The translations under genes were made by a program, and so were the position numbers. A stretch of 64,000 nt of DNA from a virus: positions 6,843 to 70,842 of the IMG/VR virus record IMGVR_UViG_3300010883_027240. The stretch is one strand, 5' to 3'. A model generated the notes under the pieces. It had not been told where the DNA came from. It searched no databases and was given only the letters and a program-made list of their open reading frames with translations. Shown one piece after another: positions 1 to 9,369 of the stretch (the stretch's first letter is position 1; every line of letters starts with the position of its first letter).

Positions 1-486
1 CTCAAAGTTGTAACGCATCATTGGTCAAATAATGAAAAAAAAGGGTTTGATGTATATTCTAAAATTGATGATATGATAACTAATAATGAATTAGATATCA
101 GCTTTACTTATATTGGAAGAATACCAGAGGGGCTTAGATGGAAAAATATTAAACTCATCTCACCAAAAGATGTATCATACTTATCAAAAAACTTACCAAC
201 TTATGATGTTTATTTAACTGCATCCAGAGAAGAGGCAGGCGCTAATCATGTACTTGAAGCCATGGCTGCAGGATTGCCAATTTTGTATCATATAGGCGGC
301 GGCAGCATACCTGAATACTGTAGAGCATATTCAAACTATCAGTACAAAGATGATGAAACTTTAAAAAATGTAATAGCAAAATGCGCAGCGGATTACAAAA
401 GAGCACATTTGGATATATTAAAATTTAATAGAACTACAGACAGTGCTATTAAAGAGTATGTTAAAATTATAGAGAAAATGCAATGA
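1..486 (+). CDS. Glycosyltransferase, GT4/GT-B family (5' truncated by window edge)
   Basis: Frame is open from position 1 (LKVVTHHWSNNEKKGFD...). It carries the C-terminal GT4 motif ASREEAGANHVLEAMAAGLPIL. Confidence 0.85.
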   Translation, partial: LKVVTHHWSNNEKKGFDVYSKIDDMITNNELDISFTYIGRIPEGLRWKNIKLISPKDVSYLSKNLPTYDVYLTASREEAGANHVLEAMAAGLPILYHIGGGSIPEYCRAYSNYQYKDDETLKNVIAKCAADYKRAHLDILKFNRTTDSAIKEYVKIIEKMQ

Positions 487-1595
487 AAAAGTATGATTAT
501 CTAATTGTTGGATCAGGACTTTTTGGATCAACGTTCGCGCGCCAAGCACTAGATGATGGTAAGAAAGTCTTGTTAATTGACAAAAGAAGCCATACAGCAG
601 GTAACTGTTATACTGAAAAAATTAAAGGAATAGAAGTCCACAAATACGGACCTCATGTTTTTCATACAGACAATAAAAAAATATGGGAATATGCAAATAG
701 ATTCGCAAATTTTAATAATTTTACCTATAGACCCAAGGTAAGATTTAAAGATAAAATTTATTCATTTCCAATCAATCTAATGACATTGTACCAACTCTGG
801 GGAGTTAAAACACCAGAAGAAGCAATGAAAAAATTAGAAAGCGTAAGAGTAAAAATAAAAAATCCTAAAAACTTAGAAGAATGGATTTTATCCCAGGTAG
901 GTCAAGAGATTTATGAGACTTTTATAAAAGAGTATACAACAAAACAGTGGCAAAGAGATCCTAAAGAATTACCATCATTTATAATTAAAAGATTACCAAT
1001 AAGGTTAACTTATAATGATAATTATTTTGACGACAGATACCAGGGTGTCCCAATAGGCGGCTACACAAACATGTTAAAAAAAATGACAGATGGCGCTGAC
1101 TTACAGCTAAATGTTGACTATTTTAGTGATAAAAAAACGCTTGACAGAATCGCTGAAAAGACAATATTTACAGGCAAGATAGATGAATATTTTAACTATG
1201 ACTTAGGGCTTCTTGAGTATAGAACTATTAGATTTGAGCATAAACAAATGAAAGGTGACTTTCAGGGCAATGTTGCTATTAATTACACAGACAAAGATAC
1301 ACCCTATACAAGATCTATAGAACACAAACATTTTGAGTTTTTAAATACAGAAGATACGATTGTGACTTTTGAGTACCCGGACGAGTGGGAAAAAAGTAAA
1401 ATACCATTGTATCCAGTTAATGACAGTAAAAATTCAAAAGTTTATAAAGCTTATAAGACACTATCTGAAAGTCACTGTAAAAATATAATTTTTGGTGGTA
1501 GACTAGCAGAATATAAGTACTATGATATGCATCAAGTAATTGGTTCAGCAATTCATAAAGCAAAAAAATATGAGAATCTTTTAGGGGTAAAATGA
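483..1595 (+). CDS. glf: UDP-galactopyranose mutase
   Basis: FAD motif IVGSGLFG, plus HKYGPHVFHT, YTTKQW, YQGVPIGGYT and GRLAEYKYYDMHQ. ATGA overlap with the upstream gene. Confidence 0.95.
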   Translation: MKKYDYLIVGSGLFGSTFARQALDDGKKVLLIDKRSHTAGNCYTEKIKGIEVHKYGPHVFHTDNKKIWEYANRFANFNNFTYRPKVRFKDKIYSFPINLMTLYQLWGVKTPEEAMKKLESVRVKIKNPKNLEEWILSQVGQEIYETFIKEYTTKQWQRDPKELPSFIIKRLPIRLTYNDNYFDDRYQGVPIGGYTNMLKKMTDGADLQLNVDYFSDKKTLDRIAEKTIFTGKIDEYFNYDLGLLEYRTIRFEHKQMKGDFQGNVAINYTDKDTPYTRSIEHKHFEFLNTEDTIVTFEYPDEWEKSKIPLYPVNDSKNSKVYKAYKTLSESHCKNIIFGGRLAEYKYYDMHQVIGSAIHKAKKYENLLGVK

Positions 1596-2497
1596 GTTTA
1601 GTTTTTGTCATAGATAACATGCATGCAGGCAATGCTTACATAAGAGGCATTTTACCAGTAATGGGCATGACAAAAGATAGTATTGATGCAAAATATGTAG
1701 TTGCTTCAAATTTTGATTTAAATAGTGTTGACAGTAATGACACTGTAATCTTTGTAAAATATGACAGACTTGGACAGTCAAGAGGTGTAAAGAAGACAGG
1801 TGCAAAAGTTATTCTAGATGTTGTTGATTCAAAAAAACACTGGAAGCAGCACAGAGAAAGCTTAGATGCTCTAATAGTAAATACAGATACGCAAATAAAA
1901 ATTATAAGTGCTAGGGATAAATTTAAAAAGCCAATCATTAAAATACCGCATATAATAACAAATTTTTCTAAAGACTTGGCCGGCCAAACAAGAAAAAAGC
2001 TTCCAGAGAAAATTAAAAATGTGGGCTACTTAGGCGTCGCAGATACTTTTTCATGTATGCCTGATTTTTCAAGTTTTTGCAAAAACAATAATTTAAATTG
2101 GCAAACATCACAACCCACAATTAATTCAAATGAGCATGATACTTTAAAAATAGATTTGGGCTGTATCTTTTTTGTAGGAGATAAAGAAAGAATTGGCGGC
2201 ACCCTTTCAATATCAAAACCTAGCGCAAAGTTAATAAATTTATTTTCTTATGGTATACCCGCATTATTTTCACCATACGAGTCTTACTTAGATGCAATAG
2301 CAGCATCAGGATACACAGACTTGTTGTGGTGTTGTTGTAATACAAAAGAAGCAATGTTTGATAAAATAAAAGTTTTGATGGAAAATCATGACCTTTACAA
2401 AGAACTATCAAGTCAAGCATATGAAATGTCAAAAAATTACCATATATCAAATACTTCAAAAATATACAAAGACTTAATTAAATTTTCGGATCAATAA
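1592..2497 (+). CDS. Putative glycosyltransferase (GT-B C-terminal domain)
   Basis: KPSAKLINLFSYGIPALFSPYESY resembles the GT-B nucleotide-binding segment; sits in the glycan cluster. Confidence 0.6.
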   Translation: MSLVFVIDNMHAGNAYIRGILPVMGMTKDSIDAKYVVASNFDLNSVDSNDTVIFVKYDRLGQSRGVKKTGAKVILDVVDSKKHWKQHRESLDALIVNTDTQIKIISARDKFKKPIIKIPHIITNFSKDLAGQTRKKLPEKIKNVGYLGVADTFSCMPDFSSFCKNNNLNWQTSQPTINSNEHDTLKIDLGCIFFVGDKERIGGTLSISKPSAKLINLFSYGIPALFSPYESYLDAIAASGYTDLLWCCCNTKEAMFDKIKVLMENHDLYKELSSQAYEMSKNYHISNTSKIYKDLIKFSDQ

Positions 2498-3985
2498 ATG
2501 AATAAAATATGCCTTATTACTCCACCATCACCCTTTTTATTAGACGAGCGTGTATTTATGCACATTGGGATTTTAAAGGTTGCATCTTCATTAGAGTCTA
2601 GAGGTTACAGTGTAGACTTTTTAGACTTGAGTGGGATTGATAATTATTTAACAGTAATCGAAGATTATTGTAAAGAAAATACAGTTAAGGTGTTTGGTCT
2701 GACAGCTTCAACACCACAAATTCCGTTTGCAGCAAACATTACAAGCAAAATCAAAGAAATAGTAAAAGATGCAAAAGTAATACTAGGCGGTCCTCATGTC
2801 ACACTCATGAACACAGCAGCAAAACGAGAAAAAGTAGCCGGCTTATTGAAGTCTGATAGGGCTTCAAAAGATGTTGATAAGCTAAAGTCAATCTTTGATG
2901 TGCTTGTCTGTGGTGATGGAGAGCTTACAATTTTTGAAGCCATGAAGATTGACAAAGGCATCGTAGACGCTGATGACAGGAAGTCACCATACTTTCTATC
3001 AAATCAACAATTTTCAAGTTTACCTTTGCCCGCAAGACATCTTGTAGACGTTGACTCTTACAAGTATACCATAGAAGGAAAAAAATCAACAAGTCTTATA
3101 GCTCAGCTAGGGTGCCCATTTAAGTGTTCTTTTTGTTCAGGTCGCAACTCTCCGTTTTTAAGAAAGATAAGACAGCGAAGTTCAGAATCAATAATTGAAG
3201 AAATGAGAATGCTCAACAAAGACTACGGATTTACAGGTTTTATGTTTTATGATGATGAACTTAATGTAAATAAAAACTTAATAGATTTATTGAATAGAAT
3301 AACAAGATTACAAGATGAAGTAGGTCAAGAATTTAGACTTAGAGGTTTTGTCAAAGCAGAGCTTTTTAATAATGAGCAAGCAGAAGCTATGTATAGGGCA
3401 GGTTTTAGATGGCTACTTACTGGGTTTGAGTCTGGTGATGAAAGAATTCTTAAGAATATCAAGAAGATGGCAAAGAGAGATGACAACACGCGTGCTGTCG
3501 AAATAGCAAAAAGTAATAACCTTAAAGTAAAAGCGCTTATGTCGATTGGGCATGCAGGTGAAAGTTTTGAAACTATAGAAAATACAAAAAAGTGGTTACT
3601 GGAAGCACAGCCGGAAGAGTTTGATTGTACTATTATAACAACTTATCCAGGTTCTCCATACTTTGATGATGCAATAAAAAGTGATGATCACTATGTATAT
3701 ACATCAGATCTTACAGGTGATAAGCTGTATCAGGCATCAATTGACTATTTGTCTGAGCTGGACTATTACAAAGGCGACCCAGACGGCGGCTATGTTTCTT
3801 ATGTGTGGACAGATCACATTACACCGAAAGAGCTTGTGTCTGCAAGAGATAATTTAGAAAAAGAAGTTAGAGAAAGCCTGGGAATAAATTTTAATTCAGC
3901 GCGCCCAGCTCTAAAATATGAACATTCTATGGGTATGGGAAATATAGAAATACCTGATTTTATTCTAAGGAAATCTTCAAAATGA
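2498..3985 (+). CDS. Cobalamin-dependent (class B) radical SAM enzyme, putative methyltransferase
   Basis: N-terminal B12-binding domain (IGILKVASSL, VILGGPHVT, VCGDGE), CxxxCxxC motif GCPFKCSFC, then FYDDE, GFESGD and YPGS. Confidence 0.9.
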   Translation: MNKICLITPPSPFLLDERVFMHIGILKVASSLESRGYSVDFLDLSGIDNYLTVIEDYCKENTVKVFGLTASTPQIPFAANITSKIKEIVKDAKVILGGPHVTLMNTAAKREKVAGLLKSDRASKDVDKLKSIFDVLVCGDGELTIFEAMKIDKGIVDADDRKSPYFLSNQQFSSLPLPARHLVDVDSYKYTIEGKKSTSLIAQLGCPFKCSFCSGRNSPFLRKIRQRSSESIIEEMRMLNKDYGFTGFMFYDDELNVNKNLIDLLNRITRLQDEVGQEFRLRGFVKAELFNNEQAEAMYRAGFRWLLTGFESGDERILKNIKKMAKRDDNTRAVEIAKSNNLKVKALMSIGHAGESFETIENTKKWLLEAQPEEFDCTIITTYPGSPYFDDAIKSDDHYVYTSDLTGDKLYQASIDYLSELDYYKGDPDGGYVSYVWTDHITPKELVSARDNLEKEVRESLGINFNSARPALKYEHSMGMGNIEIPDFILRKSSK

Positions 3986-4653
3986 AACTCACATTAAAGA
4001 CTATAAATTTTGAAGATTTTACAAAAGAAGCAACATCAGACAAGATCATTCAAGTTAAAAAGAAAAGAGAAAGAGCTGTTTATTACTTGCCAAAGAAGAG
4101 GCTTTTTTTCAAGACTTGGGTTAAAAACTGGACACAGTCTGAGATAACTAATTACGGAGTAGAGACAGGTTTTTATAATCAAAAAAATGCTAACTCTCTT
4201 TGTGCTGTGTTGTTTGATGAATCAGGTCCGAGGGGTTATGTGCAACATGCAGGAGAATCAGCTGTTGCGAAAGGAAAAAGTGATAAATGCTGGGAGTATT
4301 TTGTAACTAAGACAACGCTAGATCAGCGAAAAAAATTTATCCATAACATTCTAGAAAATTCAATTAGAGTAAAGGGTACGTACACTGATCTTGCGCCTTC
4401 CAATGTAATTTTTTATCAAGACAGGATCAATCTTATAGACTTCGAGTCATTTAGAAGTTTTGATCTTATATTCAATAGTAAAAGAGCAGACTTTGAAAAA
4501 TTCGAACTTGATGCTTGGTGGAAGCCTGTTGAGACTGCAAAAAGAGATGCTAATAAATATATTAAAGAATATTTTGAAAAGTGCTTGGACATAAAATTTG
4601 ATTTTAATATGAATTCTGAAGTCAACTTTAAGAAAGCCATGAACTTAATATAA
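3982..4653 (+). CDS. Protein-kinase-like fold phosphotransferase (putative sugar/cyclitol kinase)
   Basis: Catalytic loop YTDLAPSNV followed by the metal-binding motif LIDFES; upstream FFKT could supply the ATP lysine. Confidence 0.6.
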   Translation: MKLTLKTINFEDFTKEATSDKIIQVKKKRERAVYYLPKKRLFFKTWVKNWTQSEITNYGVETGFYNQKNANSLCAVLFDESGPRGYVQHAGESAVAKGKSDKCWEYFVTKTTLDQRKKFIHNILENSIRVKGTYTDLAPSNVIFYQDRINLIDFESFRSFDLIFNSKRADFEKFELDAWWKPVETAKRDANKYIKEYFEKCLDIKFDFNMNSEVNFKKAMNLI

Positions 4654-4668
4654 AGATAGGAAAGTACT

Positions 4669-5760
4669 TTGAAGTTAGCTTTTTACATATTTGGAACTAC
4701 AAATTTTCAAGACATGTTTCCAATAATATTTTCATCAATAAGAGATGAAGAAGCTTGCTGGGTTTGTTTTTTTGATATTTTTAATGCAAAAAGACAGCTT
4801 TATAATTATTCAGAAGAAGAAGTGAAAGTATTTTTTGAAGAAAAATGCAAAGAACTTAACTTAAAAGTACCAAAGATAAATTTTTATCGTCATAATGATC
4901 AAGAAAAATTAAATAGAGACTATCAATCTTTTAGTCCTGACTTTATCTTTGCTCAAGAAATTAAGCCAAAGTCAACTTACTGGTACCCGCCAACAAAAGC
5001 AAAAGTTATTCATCTTGCGTGGTGGGATGAGTCACACCATTTGAAAGATAATAAGCATTTAAAGCCACACATATCAATACTAAAGCAGAAAGAAGACAAA
5101 AGGTTTTATCAAAAATACCATACAAGATATTTTGGTGATCTTAGACTAGAACACTTGAAATATAGCAAAGCATCTGTAGGCAATAAAAAAAGATGCTTTA
5201 TACCAGAAACTTATATGAGAATCAATCAAGACTATGCTGAAATAAACAAAGAGCTTATCAGTTTCTATAATCAGCTTTTTAAATTCTTAAAAAACAAAGA
5301 CATTGAAATAGTTTGGAAAAAACGAGAGAAGGGATTCCCTAAGGGTAAATGGGCTAGTCCTTTAGACTTTACAGACACTCAGCCAGACAAGGTAATTGAG
5401 AAAGATCTAATATTTCCTTCATCCCTTGTAGATGAAGCATACCAAGCAGACTTTTGTTTTATCGTAGATGATAGCTTTGCATATTTTGACATAATAAACG
5501 TTAATTCAAATTGCTATATTCTTTACGTAAACAAGAAAAGAAAATATAAAATTGATGAATTTTTTTTAGAATATAAAAATAAGATAATAGAAATAAATGC
5601 TAAAGATAGTTGGAAAAAAATAGAAGAAGTTTGCAATCTTAAAAATAACTTTAAAAAAGAAAATTTAGTCTTAGACAACCCATCTAATAAAATTTTAAAG
5701 TACTGTAGAGAAATTATAAAAAATGAAAAAAATAGCAGTAATACCGATAAAGACAAATAA
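4669..5760 (+). CDS. Hypothetical protein, possible GT-B fold transferase
   Basis: 363-aa ORF with a TTG start, inside the operon. The alternating beta/alpha pattern is only weakly suggestive of GT-B. Confidence 0.4.
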   Translation: MKLAFYIFGTTNFQDMFPIIFSSIRDEEACWVCFFDIFNAKRQLYNYSEEEVKVFFEEKCKELNLKVPKINFYRHNDQEKLNRDYQSFSPDFIFAQEIKPKSTYWYPPTKAKVIHLAWWDESHHLKDNKHLKPHISILKQKEDKRFYQKYHTRYFGDLRLEHLKYSKASVGNKKRCFIPETYMRINQDYAEINKELISFYNQLFKFLKNKDIEIVWKKREKGFPKGKWASPLDFTDTQPDKVIEKDLIFPSSLVDEAYQADFCFIVDDSFAYFDIINVNSNCYILYVNKKRKYKIDEFFLEYKNKIIEINAKDSWKKIEEVCNLKNNFKKENLVLDNPSNKILKYCREIIKNEKNSSNTDKDK

Positions 5761-6373
5761 CCAAAGACTCCAGGGTAAAAATACCATGGTGCTGGGTGAA
5801 AAACCCCTTTATCAACATTTGTTTGATACGATTACAAGTTGTCACAATATAGATGAAGTATACGTAGATAGCTCAGATAAATCAATACTTAAAATCGCAA
5901 AAGATTTTGGTTTAAGCACTTTTTTAAGAGACGAAAGTTTAAATGGCCCAGCTACGTCTGGAAATGATCTTATTAAAAATTTTTTAAACCAAATTGACTG
6001 CGATATACTGGGTCAATTTTTTGTAACTACACCTTTTTTAACTGCGAAAACAATAGACAGATCTTTTGAAATACTTGAAGAAAATGATCATATGGATTCT
6101 TGCTTTGGTCTTTATGAAGTCCATGATAGATTTTGGATTGATAATAAGCCTGTTAATCATGAAATGAAAAAACTTGTAGGTACACAGTACATGAAACCAC
6201 TTAAACGCGAAGCAGGATTCTATGTGTTTAGAAAAAGACCGTTTCTGAAAGAGTGTTCAAGAATAACTGATAGCTTCTGTACATTTGATGTAAAACCTAA
6301 CGAGTGTATTGACATTGATACAATAGAAGATTTTTTATATGCAGAAACAATTTACAACAACATTGCGAAGTAA
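5723..6373 (+). CDS. Cytidylyltransferase, CMP-NeuAc/CMP-ulosonate synthetase family
   Basis: IPIKTNNQRLQGKN...LGEKPL, VYVDSS, TTPFL and ECIDIDTIEDF match NeuA/KdsB-family motifs. Confidence 0.88.
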   Translation: MKKIAVIPIKTNNQRLQGKNTMVLGEKPLYQHLFDTITSCHNIDEVYVDSSDKSILKIAKDFGLSTFLRDESLNGPATSGNDLIKNFLNQIDCDILGQFFVTTPFLTAKTIDRSFEILEENDHMDSCFGLYEVHDRFWIDNKPVNHEMKKLVGTQYMKPLKREAGFYVFRKRPFLKECSRITDSFCTFDVKPNECIDIDTIEDFLYAETIYNNIAK

Positions 6374-7531
6374 ATGAAAATTAGAAGATACAGATTAAAA
6401 TACTCAAAAAAAGATATTGAATTTGTTAATAAACATGTAAAGAAGTTGCTTAATTCTGGGTATCTCACAGACGGTGGTCCCTATGTTGCAAATCTTGAAA
6501 AAATGTGGAAAGATTTTAACGGATCTAGTAATGCTATTGCAGTAAGTAGCTGTACTTCAGGTCTGGAGTGTATTCTTAGGGCAGTTGGAATAGAAGGTCA
6601 TAGTGTGATTGTACCTGCTTATACTTTTATTGCCTCTGTAATGTCAATACACAATTGTAACGGAACACCAATATATGCAGATATTTCAAAAGATACGTTA
6701 GGGTTAAGTTTAGAAAGTATCAAAAAAGCTATCAGGAAAGATACAAAAGCTGTAATGATTGTACATGTAGGCGGTATTATCACAGATGAAATTAATAAAA
6801 TTAGAAAGTACTGCGACAATAAAAATATATTCTTAATAGAAGATGCAGCATGCGCGCACGGAGCAGAATTTAATGGCACGAAGTCTGGAAATTTTGGCCA
6901 TGCTGCATGTTTTTCTTTCCACCACTCAAAAGTTTTAACGTCAGGCGAGGGAGGTATTGTAACAACAGCCTCAGATGACTTGGCAGAAAAAATTAGAAGG
7001 AACAGGGCTATTGGTCTAGATCGATCTATTAACAACTGGGAGTCGTTTAATGTGGGCAGTAATTCAAAGATGTCAGAGCTTACTGCTATTTTAGGAATAC
7101 TACATGTTAAGAATGCAGAAAAAATAATTAATGAAAGAAGAGAAATAGCAAAAATGTATGATTCTTTGATAGCTTTTAAAAGTGACGTTTCAGCTTTCAA
7201 AATACCTCAAAAAACAAAGTCAGGATATTATAAGTACTTTTTAAGAACTACTCCTGAAACTGGCATTTCATTGTCATTATTTCTAAAAAGTAAGGGAATT
7301 GATCTTCCTCCAAAAGCGTATAGCTATACTTGTGACCAGCAAGGGGTGAGCAAAATAATGAAGTGTTCAACTTCTGGTAATTTAGAAAATTCAAAACATA
7401 TGGTAGCAAATCATATTTGTCTACCAATGTATAACGGTCTAAAGAAAAAAGAAATTAAGTATATTGTTAGATGCATAAATCAATTTTTAGAGGAATCAAG
7501 TGAAGATAATTTCAACAATAAAAAATTATGA
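6374..7531 (+). CDS. DegT/DnrJ/EryC1/StrS family PLP-dependent aminotransferase
   Basis: AVSSCTSGL, VPAYTFIAS, IEDAACAHG, FSFHHSKVLTSGEGG (PLP lysine), KMSEL and ICLPMY. Confidence 0.95.
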   Translation: MKIRRYRLKYSKKDIEFVNKHVKKLLNSGYLTDGGPYVANLEKMWKDFNGSSNAIAVSSCTSGLECILRAVGIEGHSVIVPAYTFIASVMSIHNCNGTPIYADISKDTLGLSLESIKKAIRKDTKAVMIVHVGGIITDEINKIRKYCDNKNIFLIEDAACAHGAEFNGTKSGNFGHAACFSFHHSKVLTSGEGGIVTTASDDLAEKIRRNRAIGLDRSINNWESFNVGSNSKMSELTAILGILHVKNAEKIINERREIAKMYDSLIAFKSDVSAFKIPQKTKSGYYKYFLRTTPETGISLSLFLKSKGIDLPPKAYSYTCDQQGVSKIMKCSTSGNLENSKHMVANHICLPMYNGLKKKEIKYIVRCINQFLEESSEDNFNNKKL

Positions 7532-8561
7532 AGTTCACTTTGGTGAAAGCCTACCCCTTGATGAAGACTACTTTATAATAGACAAGAATGTCTATAACTT
7601 GCATAGAAAAAAACTATCAAGTATAAATAAGAATAGAATTTATCTAGTTGACGCTGACGAAAAAGAAAAGTCTTTTAGAAGGTGTGCTGACCATATTGAA
7701 AGTCTTATTTCTTTGGGCTTGCGAAGAGGGCACACAGTTGCCGCCATCGGCGGTGGGATCATTCAAGATCTTTCTGGATTTGTAGCATCAATAATATACA
7801 GAGGTGTTGACTGGAATTTTTATCCAACAACGCTTTTGTCACAATGTGATAGTTGTATTGGTGGAAAAACATCAATAAATTTATCAGGTTCTAAAAATAC
7901 TGTAGGAAATTTCAACCCACCTAACAAGGTAATACTGAATAAAAAGTTTTTAGATACACTTGCAACACAAGAAATACAGTCTGGACTCGGTGAGATTTTA
8001 AAAGTGATGGTAATTGACAAAAAAGATAGAATAAAAACAAATGAGTTTTTGTTATGTGTTGAAAATTCTAGAATAAAAACAGGTGTATTGAAAGCGGCCC
8101 TTAAAATAAAAAAAGAGATTATTGAAAAAGATGAATTTGACAAAGGTGAAAGAAACGTTATGAACTACGGCCATACATTTGGTCACGCAATCGAGTCTAT
8201 AACTAGTTTCAATGTACCTCACGGAATCTCAGTCGGTATCGGGATTAAAATAGCAAACAGTATCTCTGAACATTTAAACTTAGTAGACAAAGAAAAAATC
8301 AAAGAAATCAATAATAGTGTTAACTTTTTTGTAGAAAATAATCAACACCACGTAGACTATTTTTTAAAAAGCTTTGATACAACAAGATACTTAAAGTGTT
8401 TATCAAAAGATAAAAAGAATACAGATAATGATAATTTAACATGTATTCTTTTAGATTCAAACGGGTCACCATTTAAAACAAAAATAAGCAACGTAAGATT
8501 AAATGGAATTCTAGAAAAAAATATTAAAAGCTGGCTCGGAAACAAAAATGAAGATACCTAA
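7500..8561 (+). CDS. 3-dehydroquinate synthase-family sugar-phosphate cyclase (AroB-related)
   Basis: GGGIIQD, RG..PTTLLSQCDSCIGGKTSIN, KN.VG.F..P, GLGEILK, RNVMNYGHTFGHAIES, HG and DKK. Confidence 0.93.
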   Translation: MKIISTIKNYEVHFGESLPLDEDYFIIDKNVYNLHRKKLSSINKNRIYLVDADEKEKSFRRCADHIESLISLGLRRGHTVAAIGGGIIQDLSGFVASIIYRGVDWNFYPTTLLSQCDSCIGGKTSINLSGSKNTVGNFNPPNKVILNKKFLDTLATQEIQSGLGEILKVMVIDKKDRIKTNEFLLCVENSRIKTGVLKAALKIKKEIIEKDEFDKGERNVMNYGHTFGHAIESITSFNVPHGISVGIGIKIANSISEHLNLVDKEKIKEINNSVNFFVENNQHHVDYFLKSFDTTRYLKCLSKDKKNTDNDNLTCILLDSNGSPFKTKISNVRLNGILEKNIKSWLGNKNEDT

Positions 8562-9360
8562 ATTTAAAAACTTAAGAATTGAAATAAATTCTGACTGTAA
8601 TAGAAGGTGCCAGTTTTGCCCAAGAGACAAAGATGATACAAGATGGAAAGTTGATAAAAATAACAAAAAAAAGCTAGTATACAAACTAATGAAAGATGAG
8701 TTAGTTTATTCAATTTTAGATCAAAATGTCTCTCAAGGCTTTAATGCAGCTGTAGGGTTTGATTTTTATAATGAACCTACTATGGACGACCGCCTTTTTA
8801 AATTTTTAGAATTTACATTAAACACCGGCTGCAAAACAGAAATTGTAACAAACGGTGATACAATCAAAAAAGACAAAGACTATGCTCATGAATTTTTTAA
8901 ACGTGTATCATTCACTAATATATCACTATACGATTATAGAGATCTGGAGGGCAGAAAAAAGCTCATGTCTTGGTGGGAAGATTATCTTGCAGACTTGAAA
9001 ATTTCAAAACATAGGTATAGACTAGTAGGAGAATATTTTAACTTTGGGAATAGGGCTGGTACTGTAGATCGTAAAGATAAGTTTATGAATGGAGCACACT
9101 TAGATAGTAAAGTACCTCTCAGCGCAAATTGCGCAAAAATTCATGCAAAGATGAATATAAGATACGACGGTGAGATACCTATTTGCTGTGAAGATGCACT
9201 AGTTCAACACTCACTAGGTAATGTTAATAAAAATACACTATCGGAGATATGGTATGGTCCAGAAATGATTAATGCAACAATGTTATTAGCAAAAGGCAAA
9301 AGATCAGCCATTAGCCCATGTGACAAATGTGTAAAGAGCATAAGACCCATAATACTCTAA
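8548..9360 (+). CDS. Radical SAM/Twitch(SPASM) protein, BtrN-like dehydrogenase
   Basis: IEINSDCNRRCQFCP, FYNEP, TNGD, NRAG, and auxiliary cluster C...PICCED...GN...IW...CDKC. The 270-aa length matches the short BtrN-type architecture. Confidence 0.85.
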   Translation: MKIPKFKNLRIEINSDCNRRCQFCPRDKDDTRWKVDKNNKKKLVYKLMKDELVYSILDQNVSQGFNAAVGFDFYNEPTMDDRLFKFLEFTLNTGCKTEIVTNGDTIKKDKDYAHEFFKRVSFTNISLYDYRDLEGRKKLMSWWEDYLADLKISKHRYRLVGEYFNFGNRAGTVDRKDKFMNGAHLDSKVPLSANCAKIHAKMNIRYDGEIPICCEDALVQHSLGNVNKNTLSEIWYGPEMINATMLLAKGKRSAISPCDKCVKSIRPIIL

Positions 9361-9369
9361 GGGATAAAA

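Noticed and set aside
7500-8561. Plain aroB auxiliary metabolic gene for aromatic amino acid synthesis
   Set aside because: No other shikimate genes are in the window, the motifs are variant, and it overlaps sugar-modifying genes. Not formally excluded.
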